62,563 nucleotides of DNA from a virus (IMGVR_UViG_3300005613_000063:1-62563), one strand, 5' to 3'. Shown: positions 46,278-57,153, counted from the stretch's first letter. The notes: generated by a model from the letters alone, not told the origin. Numbers and translations are program-made.

Positions 46278-49200
46278 ATGGCCAGGACCTTCGTTCGACC
46301 TCAAGCACAGATCAAGAAAACCAATACATATGACGATACTAAGACGGTTGGTGCATCTTTAGAAACCGGCCAGTCTAACTTAGCTGATGACCTCAATGCT
46401 TTAAGATCTCAATGCAAGCGTGCCTTATGGGCAGATGAGTCCGGCAATTGGTATGATGATGTTCCAACACATACTGCCAAGAAGCGCGGCTTGGACGCAC
46501 TGAATGAAGATCTGAACGATATTGAAGTAAAAACCTTTCTTGTCTGTAATGCCAATTTAATAGATGTCTCTGTTGCAACAGGCACTAAAGCAAATGGCAC
46601 TCTCACTTTAACAGGGCAACCTGAAGAAGGGCATGAAGCTGAGGGCATATTAGAATTTACAGGGAATGCAAATAATGCTGACACAGTTACCATTGGTTCT
46701 AAGACTTATACTTTCCAAGATACTCTCACTGATGTCGACGGTAATGTTAAGATTGGCGCAAGTGCTTCTGCTACCATTGACAACTTGATTGCGGGTATCA
46801 ATCTTGGGGCTGGTGCGGGCACTGCTTATGCCGCTTCGATGACAGCCAATGCGGATGTTGCAGCTGCTACTGAATTCGGAGATTCCATGCGTGTTACTGC
46901 ATTGGATAAAGGCACGGATCCCAATTCGACTGCAACAACAGAGACTGGTGATAATCTATCTTGGCGTGATGCAACTTTAGTAAACGGAACAAATGCAAAA
47001 CGTGCTGGAGGCGTTTTGACATTAGCTTCTAATTTTATTGGAGAAGTGGCGGCTACCGGAACATTGACTGCATCTGCAAATGTCTCTGGTGGAGTTGCAG
47101 CTACTCAAACGTTGACTCTTGGTAGCAATCTCAATGGTATCCTGCCCGCTAAATTTCGTATTCAGATGGCCTTGAATATTACTAGTGCTCCTACCAACGG
47201 TTCTACAATTACTATTGATAGTACCGTTTACACATTCACCAATTCTGTAAGTTCGGCATATGATGTTTATATTGGTTCTTCTCCAAATTCTAATCAAGCC
47301 GCTTCGCATTTAGTAACTGCTATTAATTTAACTGGTACACCCGGTGTAGAATATGGTTCAGGCACTGCCATTCATCCCACAGTATCTGCCGTTTTGAATC
47401 TCTCGTCTGCAGTTATGACAATAGAGCTTACTGCCAAGACTGCTGGAGCTGCCGGAAACGCTATAACCGTAAGCGATTCAGGAAATTATGCTTGGTGGAA
47501 GTTTTTTGATAATCCGCCTAATCAAGCTACTCCAAATACATTTTGTAATGGTCGTGACGCAGATACAGTCACCATCGATACGAAGACCTACACTTTTCAA
47601 GAGACATTGACCAACGTCGATGGCAATGTGCACATAGGAGGTAATGCTTCTGCTACCTTGGATAACTTAATTGACGCTATCAATCTGGGGTCGGGCGCAG
47701 GTACAGATTATGCTGCAGCAATGACTGTACATCCCACTGTCTCCGCAGCAGCGGGTGCCGGTGACACTATGGATATTACTGCGAAAACAGGAGGTACAGG
47801 TGGTAATTCTATTGAAGTTGATGCTACCAATGGCGATGCTTATTGGACTGAGTGGAAACTGACTGGGGGTGCTGTAGGGGTTAAAGCTACTGGCACTATT
47901 ACTTTTGATAGCAATGCCGTGCGAGGGGAATCAGCCAGAGCTAATATATTTGGTGATACTATAAATGTTTATGACGGTAATACGGTAACCATTGATGGCA
48001 AGACTTACACATTTAGAAGTAGTTTAACAGGTTACCAAACTGTAAATGGAGTAGTTCTTAGGGGTGCATCAACATGGATTAGTATAGTTAATTTGGTTGC
48101 GGCTATTAATCTGGCATCTGGTTCTGGTACCACCTATTCATCTGCCACTACAATACATACAACAATGGGAGCAGCCGGTGGTTATGTAGAAGGAATTAGA
48201 GGTTTCTTACGTGTAGCTGCCAAAGTTCCGGGGTATGAGGGCTCTGGCATCTCGCTTAGTGATTCCAGCCCTTGGACAAGGATGCCTAGCTCAACTACAT
48301 ATCTACCGACTGAAGGAGATTCAGTAACAATAGATGGCGAGACCTATATATTTGTTGGAGATATCTCTAGTTCTTATTATAGCAATCAGAACATACCTAA
48401 TTTAGTTGAGGTAGGGGCTACAGCAAATGTCTCTATTAATAATTTAGTTTATGCAATAACAGAAAATGCTACGTGGAAAGGTACATTTTATTCTAACTCA
48501 ACTACTGCTCATTCAACTGTAACCGCGTCTAATGGAACAGGTGATACTTTAGATATTGAGGCATTATCTGCAGGTACCGGTGGCAATTCTATTGTATTTA
48601 GTGTCACTAGAGCATTGGGTAATTTGTCTATCGCCACCGACACAATGTCTGGGGGCGGTGACGGTGACACGGTCACGATGGACTCCAAGACTTATACTTT
48701 CCAAGATACATTAACGGACGTGAATGGAAATGTGAAAGTTGGAGCTTCTGCTTCTGATTCTTTAGATAATCTTATTGCTGCTGTTAATTTAGGTGCAGGT
48801 GCAGGTACTAAATATGCCAATTCCATGACATTACACTCCACAATGTCTGCTGCAGCTGGAGCAGGTGACACTATGGATGTCACAGCTAAAACCGCGGGCA
48901 CAGTTGGTAACTCTTTAGATACCACAGAAACAGGAGCTAATTTAAGCTGGGGTGGTTCTACACTATCTGGTGGATTAAATGGAGAAACTATAACTATAGA
49001 CGCGAAAGTCTATACGATGACTAATTCCCTCACTGATGTTGATGGACGAGTATTAATAGGCGCCGGGTCTGCAGACTCGATTAACAATTTGGTTGCTGCC
49101 ATTGGTCTGTTGCCCGGCGCCAATTCTTTATATGCCAATTCCATGACGATACATCCTACTTGCTTGGCTGAAGTAGGAACTGGGACATCTATTGATGTTT

Positions 49201-50876
49201 CAGCTAAGACGGGCGGTACGGCCGGAAATTCAATTGCTACGACAGAGACGGCTAGTAATGCTTCATTCGGTGGTTCCACTTTGAGTGGAGGCCTGGCAGA
49301 AGAAACAGTAACAATTGATACCAAGACTTATACATTTCAATCTTCTTTAACTGATGTTGATGGTAATGTCAAAATTGGTTCTGATGTAGATACAACTATT
49401 GCTAATTTGGTCAATGCAATCCTTCTGGGTCCTGGCACTGGTACAGCTTATGCAGATTCTATGACAGAACATTCTACTGTCACGGCAGCTGAAGGTGCTG
49501 GCGATACCATGACGGCAGCTGCAAAGACGGCCGGCACTGGTGGCAATTCAATTGCTACTACGGAAACCTTAGCCAACGGTAGTTGGGGCAATTCAACTTT
49601 ATCTGGTGGTACGGCAGGACCTGGTGGTGAAGTAAACTTTGTTGTTTTGTCTAAGGCTGCTGGAGAGATACCAAATTTGGATGCAGCTGTCGATGCCGTT
49701 TTAACTAGTGGGATGGTCGTGGCCTACAATTCTTCATTTGGTGCACATTCATTGAATGCGGTAGCTGGACAAACTGCTATATCACCTAAGAATATATGTG
49801 CAATAAAGCGGGTGTCCGACGGTCAACGCATATATTCTGGGGGCAAAGTTGTGCACGCACTACTTCAGTGCGAGGATAATACGGATGGTCACACATTTGA
49901 CGATACAAGCAAACGTGCAATGCTCTCATTTGTTCGTGAGAATTCTACTGGGGATGCTTTAGAGGCTTGTCCTGTTGCAGATATCGATGGGGAAGCTGTG
50001 CATTACAGTTACATCGAGCGCGTTGATTATGATTCTATTGATGAATCTGCCTTCCTAAATAACTATCATGATGTTGTTACGATACCTGCAGTGGATGTGA
50101 ATTTGAATGATTGCATCGACAATCAATCTGGTGCTGCGACTCAAGCTCAAGATATTGATGTGGACATCCTGGATACCAAAGCTTGGGTCTTTAGAGATTC
50201 AGCTGCTGCTGATTTGTTCAAAGTATATGGCAATGCTGCTAGCAGTTCAACAGAGGTTGAAATTGGTTCTGCTGTAGACATTTATGATAATAATGCAGCA
50301 GATGTAGACTTTCATAATGGGGCCGCTATAGGTTCTGCTGGGACTGAAATTGCTATTAATGAAACTGCTGGTGTGATCGAACGAGCGGCTAATTTAATAT
50401 TGCGAGCTTCCGGCTCTGGGGAATTATACCTAGATGATGGTAATCAACCAGGCAGTTGGGCACAAACGGATGGGATTAAATTATCGGAAAATGAAACTGA
50501 GTGGTCTGATTTCGAAACGGAGTTTGGTGGTGAGGTCTCATTGCTCAAGGCCATTACTCAAGCTTCCAATGCAGCTGCAAGGTCTATAGGTACGGCTGTA
50601 TTACAAGATGATGTTTCAGCAAACAATGATGTAGATGCGACCACGACTAGCAATTTGGACGTAGACTTGCCAGATTATTCTGGGGTTACTTCTTTTGTGA
50701 CAGATGTGGATGTGTTTTTAAATGGTAAATTACTTAATAATGGTGCGGATGCGGCTGCCAATGAAGATGTATACCCAGGCACTACACCTGCACAAGGTAT
50801 GCTTAAATTCGAATTTGACTTAGACGGCACGAGTCCAAATCCTGACGTCTTGTCAATGATAGTCTGGGGTGAATAA
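46278..50876 (+). CDS. Large virion protein (fibre/decoration-like) with eight nested sheath-like insertion modules
   Basis: Eight TVTIDxKTYTF..GNV.IG..NL.AAIN..TAK..G..GNSI..L.GG bodies; N- and C-termini paralogous to the next ORF. Confidence 0.8.
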   Translation: MARTFVRPQAQIKKTNTYDDTKTVGASLETGQSNLADDLNALRSQCKRALWADESGNWYDDVPTHTAKKRGLDALNEDLNDIEVKTFLVCNANLIDVSVATGTKANGTLTLTGQPEEGHEAEGILEFTGNANNADTVTIGSKTYTFQDTLTDVDGNVKIGASASATIDNLIAGINLGAGAGTAYAASMTANADVAAATEFGDSMRVTALDKGTDPNSTATTETGDNLSWRDATLVNGTNAKRAGGVLTLASNFIGEVAATGTLTASANVSGGVAATQTLTLGSNLNGILPAKFRIQMALNITSAPTNGSTITIDSTVYTFTNSVSSAYDVYIGSSPNSNQAASHLVTAINLTGTPGVEYGSGTAIHPTVSAVLNLSSAVMTIELTAKTAGAAGNAITVSDSGNYAWWKFFDNPPNQATPNTFCNGRDADTVTIDTKTYTFQETLTNVDGNVHIGGNASATLDNLIDAINLGSGAGTDYAAAMTVHPTVSAAAGAGDTMDITAKTGGTGGNSIEVDATNGDAYWTEWKLTGGAVGVKATGTITFDSNAVRGESARANIFGDTINVYDGNTVTIDGKTYTFRSSLTGYQTVNGVVLRGASTWISIVNLVAAINLASGSGTTYSSATTIHTTMGAAGGYVEGIRGFLRVAAKVPGYEGSGISLSDSSPWTRMPSSTTYLPTEGDSVTIDGETYIFVGDISSSYYSNQNIPNLVEVGATANVSINNLVYAITENATWKGTFYSNSTTAHSTVTASNGTGDTLDIEALSAGTGGNSIVFSVTRALGNLSIATDTMSGGGDGDTVTMDSKTYTFQDTLTDVNGNVKVGASASDSLDNLIAAVNLGAGAGTKYANSMTLHSTMSAAAGAGDTMDVTAKTAGTVGNSLDTTETGANLSWGGSTLSGGLNGETITIDAKVYTMTNSLTDVDGRVLIGAGSADSINNLVAAIGLLPGANSLYANSMTIHPTCLAEVGTGTSIDVSAKTGGTAGNSIATTETASNASFGGSTLSGGLAEETVTIDTKTYTFQSSLTDVDGNVKIGSDVDTTIANLVNAILLGPGTGTAYADSMTEHSTVTAAEGAGDTMTAAAKTAGTGGNSIATTETLANGSWGNSTLSGGTAGPGGEVNFVVLSKAAGEIPNLDAAVDAVLTSGMVVAYNSSFGAHSLNAVAGQTAISPKNICAIKRVSDGQRIYSGGKVVHALLQCEDNTDGHTFDDTSKRAMLSFVRENSTGDALEACPVADIDGEAVHYSYIERVDYDSIDESAFLNNYHDVVTIPAVDVNLNDCIDNQSGAATQAQDIDVDILDTKAWVFRDSAAADLFKVYGNAASSSTEVEIGSAVDIYDNNAADVDFHNGAAIGSAGTEIAINETAGVIERAANLILRASGSGELYLDDGNQPGSWAQTDGIKLSENETEWSDFETEFGGEVSLLKAITQASNAAARSIGTAVLQDDVSANNDVDATTTSNLDVDLPDYSGVTSFVTDVDVFLNGKLLNNGADAAANEDVYPGTTPAQGMLKFEFDLDGTSPNPDVLSMIVWGE

Positions 50877-50969
50877 CTCTTTGTAAAATGTTTTTTAAAA
50901 ACTGTAGATGTAGTAAAACTATTTACTGCTGATACACCGCTAATGAGAAGTATGCAGGAGGAAAATTAA

Positions 50970-52874
50970 ATGGGTAGAACATTTCTGCGACAGGCCGCAC
51001 AAGTTCGTGAAAGCCAAGTTTATGATGACACCAAATCTGCTGGATCTACTCTAGAATCCGGTCAGACTCACATTGAAGACGATCTTAATGCATTGCGCTC
51101 GCAATTCAAAAGAGCAATTTGGGCTGATGAGTCTGGTAATTGGTATGACGACATTACCACACACAATTCCAAAAAGCGCGCTATCGATAAGCTGAATGAG
51201 GATCTCGATGATGTTGAAGAACATCGATTTCTGTTCAGAACACAGGTTCTGACAGACATCTCTGTGCCAGCTGATGCCGCGGCAACTGGCACCTTAACTT
51301 TTGGTTCAAATCCTTCTGCTACCCAAACTGTAACAATCGACACAAAGACTTATACGTTCCAAGCCACCTTAACGGATGTTGATGGCAATGTTCATATTGG
51401 AGCTACTGCTTCTGACTCCCTTGACAACTTGATTGCCGCTATCAATTTGGGTGCTGGTTCTGGTACTGCTTATGCAGCCTCCATGACACTCCATCCGACA
51501 GTTTCTGCTGCTGCAGGCGCTGGTGATACGATGGATGCAACTTGCATATTAGGTGGAACTCAAGGTAACTTGATTGCGACTACTGACACTGTTACAGGCA
51601 ATCCAAACTGGGGGGCTGTAACTCTGACAGGCGGTACTGGAAACTCTGTTGTTCTTTCTGTTGCAGGTTCTGAAGCTCCAAGTCTTACAGCTGCAATTGG
51701 TGCTGTAACTACTGAAGGCGCCGTCGTTGCTTACAGCGCTAGTTTTCCTAATCATACAATGACAGAAGTTGCTGGACCAAGTGCGATACGACCAGACAAT
51801 CTTTGTATTGTCCGTCAGCAACAATCTGGTGACCCTATCCTCTCTGGTGGGAAACAAGTTTATGCCCTAATCCAATGTGAGGATAATACAGACGGGCATA
51901 CGTTTGATGATGATGATGAGCGAGTCATGTTAGCCTTCATTATTGAAAACTCAACAGGTGATGACTTGATCATTTGCCCAGCAGCTGATATCGCTGGGGA
52001 AGACATTAACTATTCTTATGTGCAACGTCTGAAATTCGATTCGTTACCAGAAAGTGCCTTCTTGCAGGGTGTGTTTGTCGATCAAGCCGCAGCGGTTGAC
52101 GTAACACTCGACAATGCAATTGATAATCAATCTGGTGCAGCAACCCAGGTTCAGGATATCGATGTTGATATCACTGATACCAAGGCATGGGCCTTCCGCG
52201 ACAGCGCGTCTGCAGATCTCTTAAAGATCTATGGAAACGCTGGTGGTTCTACCTCTGAGGTAGAGATTGGTGCTGATGTCGATATATATGACAATAATGC
52301 AGCCGATGTTGATTTCTCCTCTGGTGCCGCTTTTGGCTCCGCTGGAACAGAGATCGCTATCAATGAGACAGCCGGTGTTGTTGAACGCGCCGCTGATTTA
52401 ATATTGCGAGCATCTGGTTCTGGTGAGCTGTACCTTGATGATGCAAATCAACCTGGCAGCTGGGCTCAAACAGATGGTATCAAGCTGTCAGAGACAGAGA
52501 CTGAATGGTCAGACTTTGAGACCGAATTCGGTGGTGAAGTCTCACTGTTGAATGCCATCGTGCAAGCTTCTAATGCTGCGGCTCGAACCAAAGGTTCAGC
52601 TACTCTTCAAGCTGATGTTGCGGCTGACACGGACGTTGATGCAACCACTTCGTCTAATTTAGATGTGGACCTTCCAGATTATTCTGGCGTTACCTTTTTA
52701 ACTGATGTTGATGTGTTCTTAAATGGGGTGCTGCTTCGTAATGGTGCTGATGCTGCAGCCAACCATGATGTTTATCCTGGTACAACGCCTGCTCAAGGTA
52801 TGCTCAAGTTCGAGTTTGCTTTGGAGGGTACGTCTGATCCCGATCAGCTCACCATGATCGTCAACGGCGACTAA
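50970..52874 (+). CDS. Paralogous virion protein with a single module
   Basis: Same termini as 46278-50876; one contiguous ATGTLT..TVTIDTKTYTF..LTGG unit. Confidence 0.8.
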   Translation: MGRTFLRQAAQVRESQVYDDTKSAGSTLESGQTHIEDDLNALRSQFKRAIWADESGNWYDDITTHNSKKRAIDKLNEDLDDVEEHRFLFRTQVLTDISVPADAAATGTLTFGSNPSATQTVTIDTKTYTFQATLTDVDGNVHIGATASDSLDNLIAAINLGAGSGTAYAASMTLHPTVSAAAGAGDTMDATCILGGTQGNLIATTDTVTGNPNWGAVTLTGGTGNSVVLSVAGSEAPSLTAAIGAVTTEGAVVAYSASFPNHTMTEVAGPSAIRPDNLCIVRQQQSGDPILSGGKQVYALIQCEDNTDGHTFDDDDERVMLAFIIENSTGDDLIICPAADIAGEDINYSYVQRLKFDSLPESAFLQGVFVDQAAAVDVTLDNAIDNQSGAATQVQDIDVDITDTKAWAFRDSASADLLKIYGNAGGSTSEVEIGADVDIYDNNAADVDFSSGAAFGSAGTEIAINETAGVVERAADLILRASGSGELYLDDANQPGSWAQTDGIKLSETETEWSDFETEFGGEVSLLNAIVQASNAAARTKGSATLQADVAADTDVDATTSSNLDVDLPDYSGVTFLTDVDVFLNGVLLRNGADAAANHDVYPGTTPAQGMLKFEFALEGTSDPDQLTMIVNGD

Positions 52875-52992
52875 GTTCTAAATCTGAGTCAACACATCCA
52901 GTAATCTAGCGAAATCCTACACCTACTGTATATTTTTGCAGTACTCCGTGTTCTTTCCTACAATTCAAGTAAATATAAGGAATGAGGGACTT

Positions 52993-53691
52993 ATGAATTT
53001 TTTGACGAAGATTGCAGTTAAGAAAGGAACGATTGACGAAATCGGCAATAAATTAGATGGTTTAAGGGAGGAGGCAGAGCGGCACTCGCAGCAATTTGAG
53101 GGATCAATTACCTCATTGAAGCGCGCCGCTAACCATGTGCTCAACTTGCACAAGAACATTGATGCTGATTTTGATGCTGGGAAGATAGCTGAGGGTATGA
53201 CAGCCAATGAGGCTCGCGGATTACTGAAGCGCTGGATCGAACGGGCTTACGGTGTTGTAGACAATTTAGCAGAACAGGCTGGAGCTTTGAAGCAACAGGC
53301 CATTGGTAAACAGACAGCTTTTAAGACATCAATCGAATTTGCTAAAAAAATGATGGAGGCGGAAATCATTAAGGAAGAGCGATTCATTGCTAGCCAAAAT
53401 GGAGAAGTTATAGGGGACGTGGATAAAACAGGCCGCCCACAGAGCAGGCCTGATGGCGTTCATCCCGGAGCTTCAATTAAGCAGCGTAGATTACAGGTCG
53501 TAAAGGATGTGCCAGCTAAAGATAAAGAAGTGAATAAAGAGATACCAAAAGCTTCAAAGGCTTCGAAGGTCTCGAAGGTGTCCAAGCTCGGAAAGGTGCC
53601 TGCGGCCAAAAATGGTAAAACAAAGCCAGTTGCTAAGAAGATGTTAAAGAAGGCCGTGAAGAGCAGGCCTAAGGCTGCCCGTAAAAAGTAA
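52993..53691 (+). CDS. Hypothetical protein with Lys/Ala-rich tail
   Basis: ATG after GAGGG; ends KASKASKVSK..KAARKK. Confidence 0.65.
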   Translation: MNFLTKIAVKKGTIDEIGNKLDGLREEAERHSQQFEGSITSLKRAANHVLNLHKNIDADFDAGKIAEGMTANEARGLLKRWIERAYGVVDNLAEQAGALKQQAIGKQTAFKTSIEFAKKMMEAEIIKEERFIASQNGEVIGDVDKTGRPQSRPDGVHPGASIKQRRLQVVKDVPAKDKEVNKEIPKASKASKVSKVSKLGKVPAAKNGKTKPVAKKMLKKAVKSRPKAARKK

Positions 53692-53747
53692 GTTAGTTGA
53701 GTGGGGTGATATATTATATTGCTAGATTTTAATAGCAACTGACAGGA

Positions 53748-54665
53748 GTGGTACAGATGACGATAGATCCAAAGTATGTTTTGTATACGGAAGATGGGGC
53801 GCCCATTGGGGCTATCCTTGACGGTTCAACTTGGCGTTTGGCCGTTGAAGGTGCAGCGCCAGGTACTAATATTGGTGATGTGGGCGTCTTGAATTCTAGT
53901 GACGTTCAGATTGATCCAGCCACAGAGCCTACAGCGATTGCTGCTAAAGGTGTCTTGGATACGATAGATGCTGCTATTGCTTCCGTCAAGGATACAGATG
54001 GTGTTAAGAAAATTACGGATGCGTTACCAGCAGGCACTAACAAACTTGGTACCATTGAGATATCGGATTCGATCTTAGCTGGCGACAATACTATCGGACG
54101 GGTTAAACTGACGGATGGTACCAATGTTGCTGGTGTGGATGCCAATAATCAACTTAAGGTTATTGCAGCAGCTAATACAATACCCGCAGTGTTAGCTAAC
54201 TTCGTTGATACAGAATTATTAAATGGTGCCGCAAGTCATATGGGCGTAGATGGCTCTGTTACACCAGTAGAATTTTCTTACACTCCAGGTGTTGGAGAGA
54301 CTATCAGCTTAACCGAACTACGCTTTGTCTTCGTCTCCGACGATATTTTGTGGGACCCCACGAAGTTTGGTACGGAAGCTGCTTTAACGAATGGTATGGC
54401 CATAAAAATAAAAACAAATGGTGTGGAAACAACACTTCGCACTATCAAGACCAATATTGACTTCCTTAAACTTGCATCTGCTGACGGTGTTTACTCTGAT
54501 CTATCCGGGGCCAAAGATATATTAATAGCTTCCCTGTACATGGGTGGTTCTATTTTACTGAAGAATAGTACTACAGATCATATTAAGGTAGTGATCAGCG
54601 ATGACATGGACAAAGGTTCATATCAAAGTCTGACTGCAACTATTAAAGGTTCAAAGGTGGTATGA
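53748..54665 (+). CDS. Putative virion structural protein
   Basis: LPAGTNKLG/AGDNTIG fibre-like motifs; VDGSVTPVEF. Confidence 0.6.
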   Translation: MVQMTIDPKYVLYTEDGAPIGAILDGSTWRLAVEGAAPGTNIGDVGVLNSSDVQIDPATEPTAIAAKGVLDTIDAAIASVKDTDGVKKITDALPAGTNKLGTIEISDSILAGDNTIGRVKLTDGTNVAGVDANNQLKVIAAANTIPAVLANFVDTELLNGAASHMGVDGSVTPVEFSYTPGVGETISLTELRFVFVSDDILWDPTKFGTEAALTNGMAIKIKTNGVETTLRTIKTNIDFLKLASADGVYSDLSGAKDILIASLYMGGSILLKNSTTDHIKVVISDDMDKGSYQSLTATIKGSKVV

Positions 54666-55639
54666 TGAATTTTCTGCATATTTCGTACCCTGTTTGGAAA
54701 ACAATAGCACAAGCGAACACATTCCCTTTCTATCACAAGGTCGACGGCAGTGATAGCATCGTTGCCTTTACGGGGGATAGGGCAATGGTGTACAGAACGT
54801 ACGCAATTGGTGCTGATTATACTGATTGGGCTGCAGCCTTTTTAGCTGATTCTGCTGTTGTTACTGAGTTAGCAGATGGACAAGCTTCTGTATATGGATT
54901 GAGCAGCGTTGCTGCACCGGTGGCAAAAGATGGTCGAAGAATACAAATAGCTTCCGCTATTGGTGACGATCAAGACGTGCAATATACAGGTGCTGGCGAT
55001 AATATTGTAACTGGCGCCCGTTTAGTCGGCCAGGACTTCCGCAGTGCTATCGAAGAAATTTCATTAATTACTGTTGATTGGCAATTTATGGAGTGGATAG
55101 AAATAACTGGTGGTAGAGTTCGTAATGTTGGAAGCACAGATGGTGATTTTTATCATTATGATATTTATGCACCAGCAACAACTGGCGTATCGAATCCTGG
55201 TGCAGGCGCATTCGATAAATATAATCTTGGAGGACCCAATAACATGTTCGTGCCCAATCCTACTAATGAAGGGGATTGGGATGTAGATATTGCAGAAAAG
55301 CACAATGCTAATGTTGTATTTACTAAAGCAGTTCCAGTTATAGCTAAGGCTAAGGATGGCTATTTTGATTGGGACCCGGTTACATACGCCTTGACTGTGA
55401 ATGCGACTGGTACTGGAAAATATTATCTATTTGATTTTGAAGTGGCGTTGATACGCGTGATAAATAAACATTGGATGGTGCCTGGAACATTAGATGAATT
55501 CCTTGCGCCAGCTGCTTATGCTGCTAAAAAATTGCTGCCGCAATATATACATCAGATGACAATCAACAAATCTGCGGAAGCGGTTTCCACTTATCTGTAT
55601 TGGGAACTTCTTTTAGGCAGGGCCGACACTACATTGTAG
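54662..55639 (+). CDS. Putative virion structural protein
   Basis: Beta-rich 325-aa ORF in the late block. Confidence 0.55.
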   Translation: MMNFLHISYPVWKTIAQANTFPFYHKVDGSDSIVAFTGDRAMVYRTYAIGADYTDWAAAFLADSAVVTELADGQASVYGLSSVAAPVAKDGRRIQIASAIGDDQDVQYTGAGDNIVTGARLVGQDFRSAIEEISLITVDWQFMEWIEITGGRVRNVGSTDGDFYHYDIYAPATTGVSNPGAGAFDKYNLGGPNNMFVPNPTNEGDWDVDIAEKHNANVVFTKAVPVIAKAKDGYFDWDPVTYALTVNATGTGKYYLFDFEVALIRVINKHWMVPGTLDEFLAPAAYAAKKLLPQYIHQMTINKSAEAVSTYLYWELLLGRADTTL

Positions 55640-55649
55640 GAGTTATGTT

Positions 55650-55781
55650 ATGGGCAAGGATATATCGAAGATGCCTACGTTAGATGCAATCAGTAAGATA
55701 ATAAAGGAGACAGGGGTTAAAGAAAAATACAAAGAAAAAGTGGAAAAAGCGGAGAAGGAAAAAGCCAAAAAACAAGACTAG
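55650..55781 (+). CDS. Small Lys/Glu-rich protein (43 aa)
   Basis: AGGAG upstream; MGKDISKMPTLDAISKIIKE. Confidence 0.45.
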   Translation: MGKDISKMPTLDAISKIIKETGVKEKYKEKVEKAEKEKAKKQD

Positions 55782-55802
55782 CTGTAAGAGGAGATCTGCA
55801 AC

Positions 55803-56663
55803 TTGAAGAACGCCTTAGTGATAAGTGGTGGCGGGAGTAAGGGCGCATTCGCGATAGGCGCCATAGAGCACTTGCTTGAACTTGGTATCAAGTTCGATAT
55901 TCTTATTGGAACCAGCACAGGTGCTTTAATAGCACCTATGCTGGCCACGGGGCATTTTGAGACAGTAAAGCATGTTTATCAGAACGTGAGGACCAGAGAT
56001 CTGCTGCGAAGGCATTGGTGGATAACTATGCCTTGGCGTAGATCTATTTACAGCACCAAAGGATTGAAAAGTTTAATAGATAAGCTGCTGCTCCCTGGTA
56101 TCTATTCGGACTTATTGTCTTTGGGTCTGCGAGAAGATAAGCTTGTATTAATTTGTACTACTAACTTAAATACTGGAAGTACACATTATTGGGCACCGCA
56201 TGACACCCCCAACAGAGAAGCTTATGTAGATTGCCTTTTAGCAAGCTGTAATCAACCAGGTCTGATGACCCCTGTAAAACTTCGTGGCAATGAGTGGCAT
56301 GTAGATGGTGGCGTTAAGGAAATAGCGCCAGTGCAAGCTGCTATTGATGCTGGTGCTACTAATATTTATGCAATCGTATTAGATACACCTAGACCATTAT
56401 ATATACCAGATGAGTACAAACGTATTCCTCAAATACTATTGCGTGCATTGGACTTGATGTTTTATGAGATCAGGGAAAATGATATTAGTATTGTGGAAGA
56501 AGAGTGTTGTAAGGCTATATATAAACGCAAGCTTGTTCTAATTAGACCGGAAGAATCATTGTTTACAGATGGCCTTGAATTTATACCAGAGCAAATGCAA
56601 TCAATGATGCGCATTGGGTATGAAAGAGCGAAGGAAGTTATGTGTGAAGAGAAGCATGAATAA
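55803..56663 (+). CDS. Patatin-like phospholipase
   Basis: SGGGSKG oxyanion loop, GTSTG nucleophile and DGG catalytic Asp. Confidence 0.92.
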   Translation: MKNALVISGGGSKGAFAIGAIEHLLELGIKFDILIGTSTGALIAPMLATGHFETVKHVYQNVRTRDLLRRHWWITMPWRRSIYSTKGLKSLIDKLLLPGIYSDLLSLGLREDKLVLICTTNLNTGSTHYWAPHDTPNREAYVDCLLASCNQPGLMTPVKLRGNEWHVDGGVKEIAPVQAAIDAGATNIYAIVLDTPRPLYIPDEYKRIPQILLRALDLMFYEIRENDISIVEEECCKAIYKRKLVLIRPEESLFTDGLEFIPEQMQSMMRIGYERAKEVMCEEKHE

Positions 56664-57153
56664 TATTATACATGTTCTTATTATTAATAATTGCTTGGAT
56701 GATGTGAAAGAATACAGGAATCTTTTATGCAAGGAAAACACTGACGGCAATATTTATCATGTAAGTTATACCAATGATTTTAATGAAGCATTAATATCTT
56801 TGGTTAGAAATAAATTTGATGTTGTTCTTATGAGTCACGCAACGCCAAATATGGAGGTAACTGCATCTGAATTAATTGGCAGAGCAAATGCAGGTGGTTG
56901 CAGGACGCCTGTGATCATAGTGGATGAAATCCCGCATGATGAAAAAGATGAAGCTGCAATGCAACAAGGTGCTGTAGATTGTTTGTATAAAAGTTATGAT
57001 CTTATGGGTACGCATGCTGCTAGAGTGTTGAAGCGTTCTATTAAGCATGCCATACAGTATCATGCGCATTTGCAAATTATGCAGGAAAAGACCGATCTAT
57101 TGTTGAAGCAAGTGCAGATACTTATCAAAGAAGTAAAGATGCATATAAAATGA
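56656..57153 (+). CDS. Receiver-domain (pseudo-receiver) protein
   Basis: HVLIINN..FDVVLMS..P..TPVIIV..AMQQGAVDCLYK; acidic pocket and phospho-Asp are substituted. Confidence 0.75.
   Translation: MNNIIHVLIINNCLDDVKEYRNLLCKENTDGNIYHVSYTNDFNEALISLVRNKFDVVLMSHATPNMEVTASELIGRANAGGCRTPVIIVDEIPHDEKDEAAMQQGAVDCLYKSYDLMGTHAARVLKRSIKHAIQYHAHLQIMQEKTDLLLKQVQILIKEVKMHIK

Noticed and set aside
46278-50876. Tail sheath protein
   Set aside because: Only the insertion modules look sheath-like; no conserved sheath C-terminal core or adjacent tube gene is recognisable.
46278-52874. Diversity-generating retroelement template/variable repeat pair
   Set aside because: Differences between copies are mostly synonymous and not adenine-specific, and no reverse transcriptase is present in the window.
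55803-56663. CBASS defence operon
   Set aside because: No CD-NTase or ancillary cap genes nearby.
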